A stretch of 64,000 nucleotides of DNA from Phoronis australis (taxonomy: Eukaryota; Animalia; Phoronida), in contig NMRA01000145.1 in NCBI GenBank assembly GCA_002633005.1, positions 461,898-525,897 on the forward strand, written 5' to 3'. Under the pieces are notes generated by a model. That model was not told the DNA's origin and searched no databases. It worked only from the letters and a program-made list of their open reading frames with translations. This document shows positions 63,721 to 64,000 of the stretch, in pieces. Position 1 is the stretch's first letter, and every line of letters begins with the position of its first letter. The position numbers were made by a program, and so were the translations under genes.

Positions 63721-64000
63721 ATGATGGTTGATAGAGAAGTCTTCAAACAGCTTCGTAAAGATGGAATTGATTGCCTATTCACCAACCGGTTCCTGCAGAA
63801 CATGAAAGACTCGTTCAAGCAACCCGAGAATCGAGAACGCTTTTCACGAGAACTAACGAATGAACCGCATGCGCAAAGTCGAAGACGCCCCATTATGATT
63901 TTACTGGGATATCTAAATTTCAAAGTTGATAAATGCAATGATGCTATTGGATGGTTTAAAAAGGTCCTTGAAGAAGATCCAAATAATTTAAACGCCTTGC
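63721..64000 (+). CDS. TPR-TIR family copy 5, N-terminus (3'-partial; not in the ORF track)
   Basis: ttacag acceptor, then MMVDREVFKQLRKDGIDCLFTNRFLQNMKDSF...MILLGYLNFKVDKCNDAIGWFKKVLEEDPNNLNAL, open to the window end. Confidence 0.85.
   Translation, partial: MMVDREVFKQLRKDGIDCLFTNRFLQNMKDSFKQPENRERFSRELTNEPHAQSRRRPIMILLGYLNFKVDKCNDAIGWFKKVLEEDPNNLNAL

Overview
Intron-rich, AT-rich animal genomic DNA, probably a marine invertebrate (inference); it is not prokaryotic. (1) 11-8539 (+): 3' part of a spliced EXOC7/Exo70 gene, with two candidate mutually exclusive exons. (2) About 12.6-64 kb: a birth-and-death cluster of single-coding-exon TTC22/IFIT-like TPR-TIR genes. It holds two intact copies (-), one copy with an intact TPR region but destroyed TIR (-), a short TIR-tail remnant (-), a pseudogene (+) and a copy running off the window end (+). 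The TIR domains lack the usual catalytic Glu and BB-loop Pro. (3) 46621-53128: an apparently intact ISL2EU-type (PIF/Harbinger-related) DNA transposon. It carries convergent, spliced THAP-DDE transposase and SWIM-YqaJ/lambda-exonuclease genes and has bipartite inverted ends. (4) Decayed LINE and DNA-transposon pieces, foldback elements, minisatellites, an array of CTCF-like motifs, and faint NACHT-like and ankyrin-like relics. All family calls come from motif recognition by eye; no searches were run.
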